In this document: in pieces, positions 34,301 through 38,786 of the stretch
Position numbering within the stretch: position 1 is the stretch's first letter
How the letters are laid out: every line of letters starts with the position of its first letter
Source of the DNA: Spirochaetia bacterium
GTDB taxonomy: Bacteria > Spirochaetota > Spirochaetia > SZUA-6 > Bin103
DNA length: 64,000 bases
Assembly (NCBI GenBank): GCA_965208575.1
Contig: CBDBOV010000006.1
Coordinates: forward strand, 1,088,001 to 1,152,000
Direction: 5' to 3'
Program-made: the position numbers and the translations under genes
The notes under the pieces: generated by a model
The model's input: the letters and a program-made list of their open reading frames with translations, nothing else
What the model was told of the DNA's origin: nothing
Databases searched by the model: none

Positions 34301-34540
34301 GGCGCGGCGCTGGCCGCCGGCGTCGGCTACGGCCTCTCCGTTCCCGGCGGCATCGTGACCCCGTTCGCCGAGGCAACCCTGAGCGCCGACGCCACCCGCG
34401 TGCGGGTCGGCGCCCGCTGGAACCTGCTTGCCACCGGTTCCGCCGGCAGCCTCGACCTGGAACTCGCCGGCGAACGCCGCACCCGCTCCGGCGCCGCCCC
34501 CGAACACGCGCTCCACGTCGAAATCGGTCTCACCTACTGA
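16307..34540 (+). CDS. Giant surface adhesin (~6,000 aa): signal peptide, FN3 domain, ~46 Calx-beta-like domains, C-terminal autotransporter-like beta-barrel
   Basis: Uninterrupted ORF; signal-like TLFVVLISLAAAPSAVA-QQ; FN3 at ~16870-17180; Calx-beta motifs (V.EG, TAT.G.DY, D...E..ET, ATI.DDD); barrel region WTLWGRG...LSPSWG...TPFAE ending in LTY. True start is probably downstream, e.g. GTG 16382. Confidence 0.88.
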   Translation: MKSERSLVYRSISCVRRWQDTPRPDVRLGGRPVVRTGGLVRTGALARTLFVVLISLAAAPSAVAQQAGITVGWGAAHYIAEEGGQRAALELRMSAAPGRQVTVHFVVDRRGGATAADHDYIPSSVVFEPTDTVRWIVVRAVDDDEDDDGTDHLRERLQVHFVILPPDSASFVYGHRTATVELRDNDGVRPPTVPRLRAATPLDGAVELQWDEGLHGGVPASFQLFIQDEGTGGQQWFVTGIAGTARSITVGTDLADIGRALVNGNRHRFELRARNAAGASGWVRAFATPSAMPPAAVGVRWTEEDYTAFEGGRPAVARVRLDTALDDDVTIPLWHAFEDLTSPADVVLPDPLNITIAAGQRDATLTIAAVDDGFREPEEAVQLWFSQLPEGIAFEASTARPNTRILLRDNDIRLRARFKERTYEVREGGSVDVTLLLDRTNPGVLGTLHLSREDRRGASGADLVGVPPSVTFLPHASTLTFTLEATDDDVDDEHESVNLHLVGPFSPAVGAGTPSTATIRIIDNDGPAKASFDKPVYTVAEGGSATVRVRLTRAPGVAAEVRLWSGPAGGASAADYGGIPRSLTFGPRQTEAAFVVTAAVDEVDETGEQVHMHLVRLQVNPVILAGTPRSAVVHLTDVPVTGVKVAYERDSYSATEGGASVTVAVVLDRAPGRRVTVPLTHTAQGGATAADYNSSAIPATVTFAATEVRKTFTVSATADNVSETGERVRFTFAEPHRLPPGVLVGTPPAATVHLTETPPAAVSYEQDSYTVQEGGPAVAVAVVLDRTPGRTVTVNLTRANQGATSDADYRGVPAGVTFAATETRRTFSVTATEDRVYETGESVLLGFATLPAGLNAGARPETTLHLSENRAPAVQVGFEYNSYTAQEPPQEVAAEVAVVLDRAPGRPVTVSLTRTNQGGASDADYGGVPASVAFGPADTRSTFRVTATRDQPDPGESVLLGFAANLPAGVSVDTWPTARVHLRDFDRRSDPTTTVRFERNRYAAAEGGAKAVVSVLLSPRVQSRVTVPLAARNQGDTANADYAGVPASVTFAAGATRRSFTVTASVDTDSPEPGEAVRLVFDNLPSGVNATTPGAATVHLIDAATTLAAVRFERDSYTAQEGGPPAVVAVLLDQAPGRTVTVPLTASHHGASTADYGGVPASVTFGAAETRKTFTVNATRDLTAESGERVTLAFGELPVGVVSERPRQTVVHLIDAATTAVRARFERDSYTAQEGEPATPVAVVLDRAPGRAVQVRVTATPEGGAAGADYHVTPSGGRLNFGANDTRATISVRAATDAEMETGERVRLGFVNLPAGVSPGTPEQATVHLTDAGLTPVKVSFEHNRYSAREGETGTVVTARLDRAAGRSVTVNLSRQNLGTTSDADYRGVPASLTFAATGTHARLTFQAVRDTIHDPNESVRLDLTMLPAGVSPGRWPATLLQLVDVNTRQVWVSFARDRYTATEGEPGAQVQVMLNEPAAREVVVPLLSTNLGGATDADYTKTPVTVPDRVTFAATESRQTFTVSARDDAVLESGEEVRYDFGALPGGVGFGSRTRTTVQLAEQSTVTVRFARDSATAHEGGAGAVVTVQLDRPPGRTVSVALTRTNQGGATDADYNHAALPSSVTFAAADTARSFTVTATADDTSAESGESVRFRIGAGLPEGVVLGSPAETTVHLTDAGTQSLKVSFERDRYAAAEGGTAVVVAHLDQTPDRTVQVALTVTRGEGVTSGDYSGIPATISFAAAGATRRSFTVRAVADELDEGIESLRLGLSMLPAGVSPGSHPAATVYLTDTDTPPVRVSFEQDSYTARFGGPNAVVAVVLDRAPGRTVSVPLTETAQGPTKWATPRYRGVPDSVTFGPSERRKTFTVAATGSRFDRGDGVLVGFGTLPPAVESQRHEQTVVHLVGRTAQLRSVRFERDSYTAREGGPNAVVAVLLNPASSLPVDVRLTRTEQGAAPADYSGIPDTVRFTGGAGRVQFTVTATPDTVAEGDEAVHLEFVSPPAGVSRGSPPDTIVHFTDADTTLVQVRFARYSYTAVEGGDGVEVAALLDQAPGRTVTVPLTTDHHERTGADDYRGVPDSVTFGTGDTRATFTVTAIADSSHETGEWVRIGFGRMPGGVTRGTPPRTLVHLTDTTPPAVQVSVADTTVEEGDAAPFTVSLSQAVPAAGVTVRLRTAPAAADSATAGTDYEEATTAATIAPGATALTISVMTTEDSLLEPSETFSVALQDGVLPPGVSLSTTDAEATATITDDDVAAATVTGPDPPTVAEGGAAVFTVTLSGGTAAADVEVTYETGGTATRGDDYTSPYTGANGTLTIAIGATTAALTVTTQTDTILDPGETLAVALTGAETAVGAASVGDPGRAEVRITDPNEVTVGVSAADDAATEGEPVKFEVSLSHQVAAEVSLVWKTETREGDTATVGTDYAAVSETALTFAAGTTELTQTVSVATTDDALLEADETFTVVLGEMASGLPSGVVLDTDASEAQGTVADNDTVAAAIAAVATEVAEGADAAFTVSLTGATTTGAVAVTYQTGGTATSGDDYTAPGGTLTVAAAAASASLTVTTLADTIFDPGETLKVTLTGAATTGTANVADPPGDSAQVTITDDDEVTVSVSAPDDAVTEGTAAEFDVSLSQQVAAAVTVNWATTTATGDTATAATDYATQAATTLTFAAGTDDLTQAVSVATTDDTAREDGETFTVVLTETAGGLPDGVDLHEDDYQAQATIADNDPVTASIAADAKTVAEGSAAAFTVTLSGDMAPAAVTVTYQTGGTATSGADYTAPYGGDSGTLTIAAGDTTGALTVTTLTDTILDRNETLTLTLTGASTTVGAANVAAAPGNSAQVTITDDDTATVSVSAPDDEVDEGDAAEFEVSLSQQVAAAVTVNWATTTATGDTATAGTDYATAAATTLTFAAGTDDLTQTVSVATTEDTLLEAAETFTVVLTATAGGLPDGVQLHAVNDEAKATIADDDTATASIAAAAKTVAEGGAAAFTITLSDATTSAAAVITYGTGGTATAGTDYTAPSGSLTLTAGASTAPLSIATADDAILDPGETLQVTLTGASTTVGAARVAASPGDRAQVTITDGDKVTVRVSAPDDEVDEGDAAEFEVSLSQQVAAAVTVNWATTTATGDTATAGTDYATAAATTLTFAAGTDDLTQTVSVATTEDTLLEADETFTVVLTATAGGLPDGVQLHADNDEAQATIADDDTATASIAAVAKTVAEGGAAAFTVTLSGATTTAAAVITYGTGGTATSGDDYTAPSGSLTLTAGASTATLSIATADDAILDPGETLKVTLTGAATTGTANVADPPGDSAQVTITDDDEVTVSVSAPDDAVTEGTAAEFEVSLSQQVAAAVTVNWATTTATGDTATAATDYTPQAATTLTFAAGTDDLTQTVSVATTDDTAREDGETFTVVLTATAGGLPDGVQLHADNDEAQATIADNDPVTASIAADAKTVAEGSAAAFTVTLSGDMAPAAVTVTYQTGGTATSGADYTAPYGGDSGTLTIAAGDTTGALTVTTLTDTILDRNETLSLTLTGASTTVGAANVAAAPGNSAQVTITDGADVTVSVSAPDDEVDEGDAAEFEVSLSQQVAAAVTVNWATTTATGDTATAATDYATQAATTLTFAAGTDDLTQTVSVATTEDTLLEADETFTVVLTATAGGLPDGVQLHAVNDEAQATIADDDTATASIAAAAKTVAEGGAAAFTITLNDATTSAAAVITYGTGGTATSGDDYTAPSGSLTLTAGASTATLSIATADDAILDPDETLQVTLTGASTTAGAARVAAAPGNRAQVTITDDDTVTVRVSAPDDEVDEGDAAEFEVSLSQQVAAAVTVNWATTTATGDTATAATDYATQAATTLTFAAGTDDLTQTVSVATTEDTLLEAAETFTVVLTATAGGLPDGVQLHAVNDEAKATIADDDTATASIAAAAKTVAEGGAAAFTITLNDATTSAAAVITYGTGGTATSGTDYTAPSGSLTLTAGASTAPLSIATADDAILDPGETLQVTLTGASTTVGAARVAASPGDRAQVTITDGDTVTVRVSAPDDEVDEGDAAEFEVSLSQQVAAAVTVNWATTTATGDTATAGTDYATAAATTLTFAAGTDDLTQTVSVATTEDTLLEADETFTVVLTEPAGGFPDGVELHAVNDEAQATIADDDTATASIAADDAKVDEGDDAVFTITLSGATTTAAAAVTYQTGGTATSGDDYTAPSGSLTLTAGASTGALSIAIADDAILDPGETLQVTLTGASTTAGAANVAAAPGDSAQVTITDDDTVTVSVSAPDDEVDEGDAAEFEVSLSQQVAAAVTVNWATTTATGDTATAATDYATAAATTLTFAAGTDDLTQTVSVATTEDTLLEADETFTVVLTATAGGLPDGVQLHAVNDEAKATIADDDTATASIAAAAKTVAEGGAAAFTVTLSGATTTAAAVITYGTGGTATSGTDYTAPSGSLTLTAGASTATLSIATVDDTVADPGETLSVTLAAANTTAGRAAVADPPDNRAQVTITDDDTVTVSVSAPDDAVNEGDDATFKVSLAQTFAAAVTVNWATTTATGDTATAGTDYTAHAATALTFAAGTTDLTRTVTVATTEDTLLEADETFTVVLTEPAGGFPDGVELHAAADEAQATIADDDTATASIGAAAETVAEGDDAAFTITLSGATTTAPAVVTYQTGGTATSGTDYTAPYSGSNGMLTIATGAATGALTIATLTDSILDPGETLQVTLTGASTTAGAASVANPPGDSAQVTLADDDAVTVSVTAPDAAVDEGDPAQFAVRLSQQVAAAVAVNWATKTAAGDTATANTDYTAQAATALTFAAGTTDLTRNVTVATTEDTLLEAAETFTVVLTATASGLPDSVQLHADNDQAQATIADDDTATASIAAAAATVAEGDDAVFTITLSGATTTAAAAVTYQTGGTATAGTDYTVPTGSLTLTAGAATATLSIATLTDPILDPGEMLSVTLTGAATAGTATVADPPGNSAAVTITDNDRVMVSVSAPDDAVTEGDPAAFAVRLSRPVAAPVTVNWATGADPSDSATPGEDYTQHAATALTFAAGTATLTQTVTVATDDDDLLEPDETFSVLLTDPADAGVQPAAESGLPPGVELHPDHSKAVATIADNDAVTATVAAAAPTVMEGGDATFTVSLGGAAPRAPVTVEYQAGGTATPGEDFTPPYADTGGTLTIAQPATSVDVVVTTLADDVFDGGETLALTLTGAATGVGVARVAAPDSATVTITDDETVTATITANAATVAEGGVAGFTVHLSGSVTGVPVTLGWHTAASSATAGTDYRLTPPAAGTRGTVTIAAGDTTGAIAIATLEDGILDPGETLTVTLDAASTTPGVAIGSPRGASTVIADTGSATVDIAGPEPVTEGDPAVFTVTLSFPVAAPVTVLCSTRDGTATAGSDYLPLAETLTFPPTETSLTVTVTTLGDYLLEGEEHFDALLSAPAGLPAGVSIGTPAATVVLLDVIVPVEVSFERERYAAHEGGADAVVAVLLDQAPGRPVRVPLTTAGRGGATGDDYTGVPAAVTFGEHETLRTFTVTAVDDSVVDPGESVLIGFGALPPAVNAGTPRETVVDLVDDDEAREEVLEETLATFGRGILGSTARLWTHNPPCALAATAAIGGHEIRLTPDDLNAPGELHAPIAADDEPRAMSVDDLLRDSAFATSPQRGSRPADPCWTLWGRGDVQAFRSGDPGDDTYHEGTLKAAWLGADVALHDTPVLVGFAVSRNVGSAHYAYAYDDGIRQLREGTLDIGTTAVHAYLRRPVTADHAGYWGIAGFGGGTAADTPAGRRAEASDLTLLMGAVGLRGVLASTTAPLPAAAGAAPDTAGGLRRGELALYADLGALVLTTGSGERAIDGLHVPVARVRAGTEISETRPAGSAGALTASLELWGGWDGGAGARGSGLGSSLALRYAGARFSAEARGQVLLASHYLEYGAGLTGRYGPRQDGSGLSLSLSPSWGSSTGAPYDVWPDDLLASTAVTTGAALAAGVGYGLSVPGGIVTPFAEATLSADATRVRVGARWNLLATGSAGSLDLELAGERRTRSGAAPEHALHVEIGLTY
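16510..22710 (+). repeat. About 17 diverged Arg-rich Calx-beta-like repeats (~113 aa) in adhesin 1
   Basis: Consensus V.FERDSYTA.EGG..A.VAV.LDRAPGR.VTV.LT...ADY.GVPASVTF...E.GE.V.LGF..LP.GV....P....VHL.D; one more copy at ~32755-33090. Confidence 0.85.
22720..32750 (+). repeat. About 14 two-domain acidic, Thr-rich Calx-beta modules (~714 bp) in adhesin 1; core near-identical
   Basis: Shadow ORFs recur every 714 bp (27172, 27886, 28600, 29314, 30028) and with a 2151-bp superperiod (23941/26092, 24652/26803, 25021/27172). Confidence 0.9.
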
Positions 34541-34661
34541 AACCGCGACCGCGCGCGATTCGAACGCTGCCGGCGGCGGTCATCCAGGGGCGGCCTCAGG
34601 TGGGCGCCGGTGCGGGCCGGGAATGCGCCGCACGTGCCGGATGCGACCGCGCCGGCTGCGG

Positions 34662-35444
34662 TCAGTCGAAGAAGCCCTTGGGTTGGGCGGCGGCCTCCAC
34701 GGCGGCGGCCTGCTCGGCCATCCAGGCGTCGTAGCCGGCCTGGTCGTGCACGGTAAAGAAGCCGCGCATCCGGTAGTGGCCGAGTCCGCAGAGCTGGGCG
34801 CACGCTATCTCCCACTCGCCGGTGGCGGTGGCGGTGAAGCTGAGCGGTATGGTCATGCCGGGGATGGCGTCCTGCTTGACGCGCATCTCCGGCAGATAGA
34901 AGCTGTGCACCACGTCGAAGGCGGACAGTTCGATGCGAATCGGCGTGTCGACCGGGATGTGGAGCTGGTTCACCGTGACGATGTCGTCCTTGGCCATGAC
35001 GTCGTCGCGGTCCACGCCCACGGGGTTGTTCTCGGCATCGACCAGGTCGACGCTGGTGGCGCCGAACACGCCGTCGGCGCCGGGATAGTGGATGTTCCAG
35101 GCGAACTGCTGGCCCACCACGCGGATGGTGAGCGCCTCCTCGGCGGGCACCGGATTGGCGATGACGCGCGCCCACACCGGTACCGAGAGGCCGAACAGCA
35201 GCGCGATCTCGATCACCGCCACCGCGCCTTCGACGTAGCGGGAAAAGTGGCTGTGCGTGCCCTCGTAGTTGGCCTTGGGATTGCGCCGCTTGCGGAACCG
35301 CACCAGGATGAAGAAGAAGAAGATTCCCCAGCCGACGAACAGCACCAGCATCAGCAGGTGCACCCACCCGATCAGGCCGTCGACCTGGCCGGCGTGGGTG
35401 GACGCCGCCTGCGGCATCCACATGGAACGGGCAAACTCTATCAC
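34662..35444 (-). CDS. coxB: Cytochrome c oxidase subunit II (CuA), no fused cytochrome c
   Basis: Two TM helices, GQQFAW, DVVHSF, KQDAIPG, CuA motif CAQLCGLGHYRM; GTG abuts the upstream TAA. Confidence 0.93.
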   Translation of the reverse strand: MIEFARSMWMPQAASTHAGQVDGLIGWVHLLMLVLFVGWGIFFFFILVRFRKRRNPKANYEGTHSHFSRYVEGAVAVIEIALLFGLSVPVWARVIANPVPAEEALTIRVVGQQFAWNIHYPGADGVFGATSVDLVDAENNPVGVDRDDVMAKDDIVTVNQLHIPVDTPIRIELSAFDVVHSFYLPEMRVKQDAIPGMTIPLSFTATATGEWEIACAQLCGLGHYRMRGFFTVHDQAGYDAWMAEQAAAVEAAAQPKGFFD

Positions 35445-35789
35445 TTAGGTGGCCTCCGGAGAGTGCGCCGCCAGCCGGCGGATACGCCGCCGCGCGGCGA
35501 GCAGAAACGCGCCAAAGCCGGCGAACACCAGCGCCACCATGCCGAGCAGCAGCAGGATGCCCGCCTGCAGGCCCTGCACCGCCTCCTCCTGCGCGGCACC
35601 GAAGCACACCGCGCACGCGGCGGCGGTGTCGGGGATGATCGCACCGAGCAGCAGCAACCCGGCGGCGCACTGCATGACCGGCAGGCCGCGGCGCGAACGG
35701 GAAGCAGCCCGTGGTGGAACCCGGCGCCGCACCGAGAGCGGCGCGGCGCACGGCCGGCAAGGCGCGCTGAACGAGCGGACTCGCGCCAT
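35445..35789 (-). CDS. Small membrane protein with AAACAVCFG (CxxC) motif inside the cox operon
   Basis: Abuts both neighbours (TAG-ATG upstream, TAA-GTG downstream); signal-like hydrophobic stretch, CxxC, then one TM; alternative start at ATG 35675. Confidence 0.6.
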   Translation of the reverse strand: MARVRSFSAPCRPCAAPLSVRRRVPPRAASRSRRGLPVMQCAAGLLLLGAIIPDTAAACAVCFGAAQEEAVQGLQAGILLLLGMVALVFAGFGAFLLAARRRIRRLAAHSPEAT

Positions 35790-35999
35790 CTAGCCGGCGT
35801 CCTTTACCGCGGCAACCGCGGCCAGCACGCGCCGCTCCACCAGCAACAGCACCAGCAGCGCCAGCGCCGCGCCGCAGCCGCCGGCCACCGCCAGCACCGG
35901 GTTGCGGTTGGCGAACCAGGTGAAGCACCAGATGGAGAAGAACGCCAGGCCGGCACTGGCGCAGGAGATGAACACGACGTGGATCACCTTGAGCGACAT
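35790..35999 (-). CDS. Small 2-TM membrane protein (69 aa) inside the cox operon
   Basis: MSLKVIHVVFI...; start overlaps the subunit IV stop (TGATG); two hydrophobic helices. Confidence 0.7.
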   Translation of the reverse strand: MSLKVIHVVFISCASAGLAFFSIWCFTWFANRNPVLAVAGGCGAALALLVLLLVERRVLAAVAAVKDAG

Positions 36000-36349
36000 C
36001 AGTGGTGCTCCTCCAGCGCCGGCGCCTCCAGGATCGCCCGCTCGCTGGCGAAGGTATCGAAGTAGCCGAACATGAACAGCGCGATCATGACGATGAAGAA
36101 GATCGCCGAGAAGATCAGCACCTTGAAGATGAACGGGAACTTGTCGTGGAACAGGTGCATGAAGATGCCCGCCACCAGGGTGCCCTTGACGCTTGCCACC
36201 ACCAGGGCCACGGCAATGCCGGCCCCCACCGGCAGGTGCAGCCGGCTCACCGCGACGGTCACCACGGTCAGCACCATCAGCGAAATGAACACGATGAAGT
36301 AGACCCGCACCTGCTGCTGCAGGTGCTCGACGGAATGCTCAGCGCTCAT
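35999..36349 (-). CDS. coxD: Cytochrome c oxidase subunit IV (prokaryotic COX4_pro family)
   Basis: Three TM; Y..VF..L.VLT..TV and VA.VK..LV...FMHL signature; ATG at 36349 after GGGAG. Confidence 0.85.
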   Translation of the reverse strand: MSAEHSVEHLQQQVRVYFIVFISLMVLTVVTVAVSRLHLPVGAGIAVALVVASVKGTLVAGIFMHLFHDKFPFIFKVLIFSAIFFIVMIALFMFGYFDTFASERAILEAPALEEHH

Positions 36350-36377
36350 CGGCAACTCCCACGGACAACGCCATCGG

Positions 36378-36980
<603 letters not shown>

Positions 36981-36986
36981 GCGCCG

Positions 36987-38771
36987 CTAGATTCTCTTCA
37001 GGTGCTGGGGCGAGAAGTCGCGCTTCGACCTCGGCACGCTGTACTCGTACGCTCCGCGGTACACGGTGATCGGCTGTGCGAAATTGCCGTGCCCGAGCGG
37101 CGGCGACGTGGTGGCCCACTCCAGGGTGGTGCCCTGCCACGGGTTGTCCTTTACCTTCTCGCCGTTCTTGAGGCTGACGAAGAAGTTGACGATGAAGAAC
37201 ACCTGCGCCAGCGCCAGCCCCCAGGAGGAGAAGGTGATGAGCTGGTTGATCCACAGGTAGTCCTGGGCGTGCGCGTAGGTGGCGCCGCCGTCGTACAGGC
37301 GCCGCGACACGCCGGCCATGCCGAGCACGAACATCGGCATGAACGTGCCGATCATGAACACCAGCGATGGCCAGAAGTGCCAGCGCCCCAGGGTGTCGTT
37401 CATGCGCCGCCCGGTCACCTTGGGATACCAGTAGTAGATGCCGGCGAACAGCGCCAGCAGCGTTCCCGGCGCCACCACGAAGTGAAAGTGGCCGATCACG
37501 TAGTAGGTGTCGTGCAGGTGGATGTCCGCCACCGACAGCCCGAGCGGCAGGCCGGTGAGCCCGCCGATGCCGAACATCGGAATGAACGCCAGCGCGAACA
37601 GCATCGGCGTGGTGAAGCGGATCGATCCGCCCCACAACGACAGGATCATCACCGTCAGGATGATGATCGACGGCACCGAGATGATCATGGTGGTGAGCTG
37701 GAAGAAGGTGCTGATCGCGGTGCCCATGCCGGTCAGGAACATGTGGTGCGCCCACACGACGAAGCTCATGAAGCCGAGAAAGATCACCGAGTACACCAGC
37801 GCCTTGTAGCCGTACAGCGGCTTGCGCGAGTTGTTGGCCAGAACCTCGCACACGATGCCCATGGCCGGCAGGATGAGCACGTACACCTCCGGGTGGGCAA
37901 GGAACCAGAACAGGTGCTGCCACAGCAGCGCATTGCCGCCGCCGCTGCCGGTGTACGCCTCGCCGCTGATCACCAGGCCGGAGGGCATGAAGAAGCTGGT
38001 GCCGGCGACGCGGTCGAGAAGCTGCATGAAGCCGGCCACCTCCAGCGGCGGGAACGCCAGCACCAGCAGCAGGCTGGTCACGAACTGCGCCCAGATGAAG
38101 AACGGCAGCCGCATGAACTTCAGCCCCGGCGCGCGCAACTGCACGATGGTGGTGATGATGTTGATCGAGCCGAGCAGCGAGGAGTTGATCAGGAACACCA
38201 TGCCCAGCAGCCACCAGGTCTGGCCGGCGGTCTCGATCACCGCCAGCGGCGGGTAGGAGGTCCAGCCACTCTTGGCGGCGCCGCCGGGGATGAAGAAGCT
38301 GACCAGCATGATCACGCCGCCGACGAAGTACAGCCAGTAGCTGGCGGCGTTGAGCTTCGGGAACGCCATGTCGGGGGCGCCCACCTGCAGCGGCACCAGG
38401 TAGTTGCCGAATGCGCCCACGGCCAGCGGCACCACGCCCAGGAACACCATGATGGTGCCGTGCATGGCGCCGAGCTGGTTGTAGAACTCCGGCAGCATGA
38501 CCCCCTCGGGCATGCGGGTGACGCCGAACAGGCGTCCGATCACCGGCAGCGCCTGCTCCGGATAGGCGAGCTGCCAGCGCATCAGCAGAATGAAGCAGAA
38601 GCCCAGAAACAGGAACACCAGGGCGGTGATCCCGTACTGGATGCCGATCACCTTGTGATCTACGGAGAAGACGTACTTGCGGATGAAACTCTCGGGCGCG
38701 CCGTGGCCGTGATCGCCGTGGCCATGGCCGTGGTCGTGCCCGTCGGCGTGTGCGTGTCCGTTGTTGTGCAC
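36987..38771 (-). CDS. coxA: Heme-copper oxidase subunit I (A-family-like, K-channel Lys absent)
   Basis: DHKVIG, MHGTIM, PDMAFP, GWTSYPPL, HPEVY, VWAHHMF, HDTYYVIGHFH, SRRLY; His-rich N-terminus. Confidence 0.95.
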   Translation of the reverse strand: MHNNGHAHADGHDHGHGHGDHGHGAPESFIRKYVFSVDHKVIGIQYGITALVFLFLGFCFILLMRWQLAYPEQALPVIGRLFGVTRMPEGVMLPEFYNQLGAMHGTIMVFLGVVPLAVGAFGNYLVPLQVGAPDMAFPKLNAASYWLYFVGGVIMLVSFFIPGGAAKSGWTSYPPLAVIETAGQTWWLLGMVFLINSSLLGSINIITTIVQLRAPGLKFMRLPFFIWAQFVTSLLLVLAFPPLEVAGFMQLLDRVAGTSFFMPSGLVISGEAYTGSGGGNALLWQHLFWFLAHPEVYVLILPAMGIVCEVLANNSRKPLYGYKALVYSVIFLGFMSFVVWAHHMFLTGMGTAISTFFQLTTMIISVPSIIILTVMILSLWGGSIRFTTPMLFALAFIPMFGIGGLTGLPLGLSVADIHLHDTYYVIGHFHFVVAPGTLLALFAGIYYWYPKVTGRRMNDTLGRWHFWPSLVFMIGTFMPMFVLGMAGVSRRLYDGGATYAHAQDYLWINQLITFSSWGLALAQVFFIVNFFVSLKNGEKVKDNPWQGTTLEWATTSPPLGHGNFAQPITVYRGAYEYSVPRSKRDFSPQHLKRI

Positions 38772-38786
38772 GTCAGTTCCCCCGTG

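Noticed and set aside
36987-38771. Nitric oxide reductase (cNOR/qNOR) or cbb3 assignment
   Set aside because: HPEVY Tyr, D-channel residues, CuA subunit II and subunits III/IV indicate A-family ancestry; NOR-type Glu ligands are not seen.
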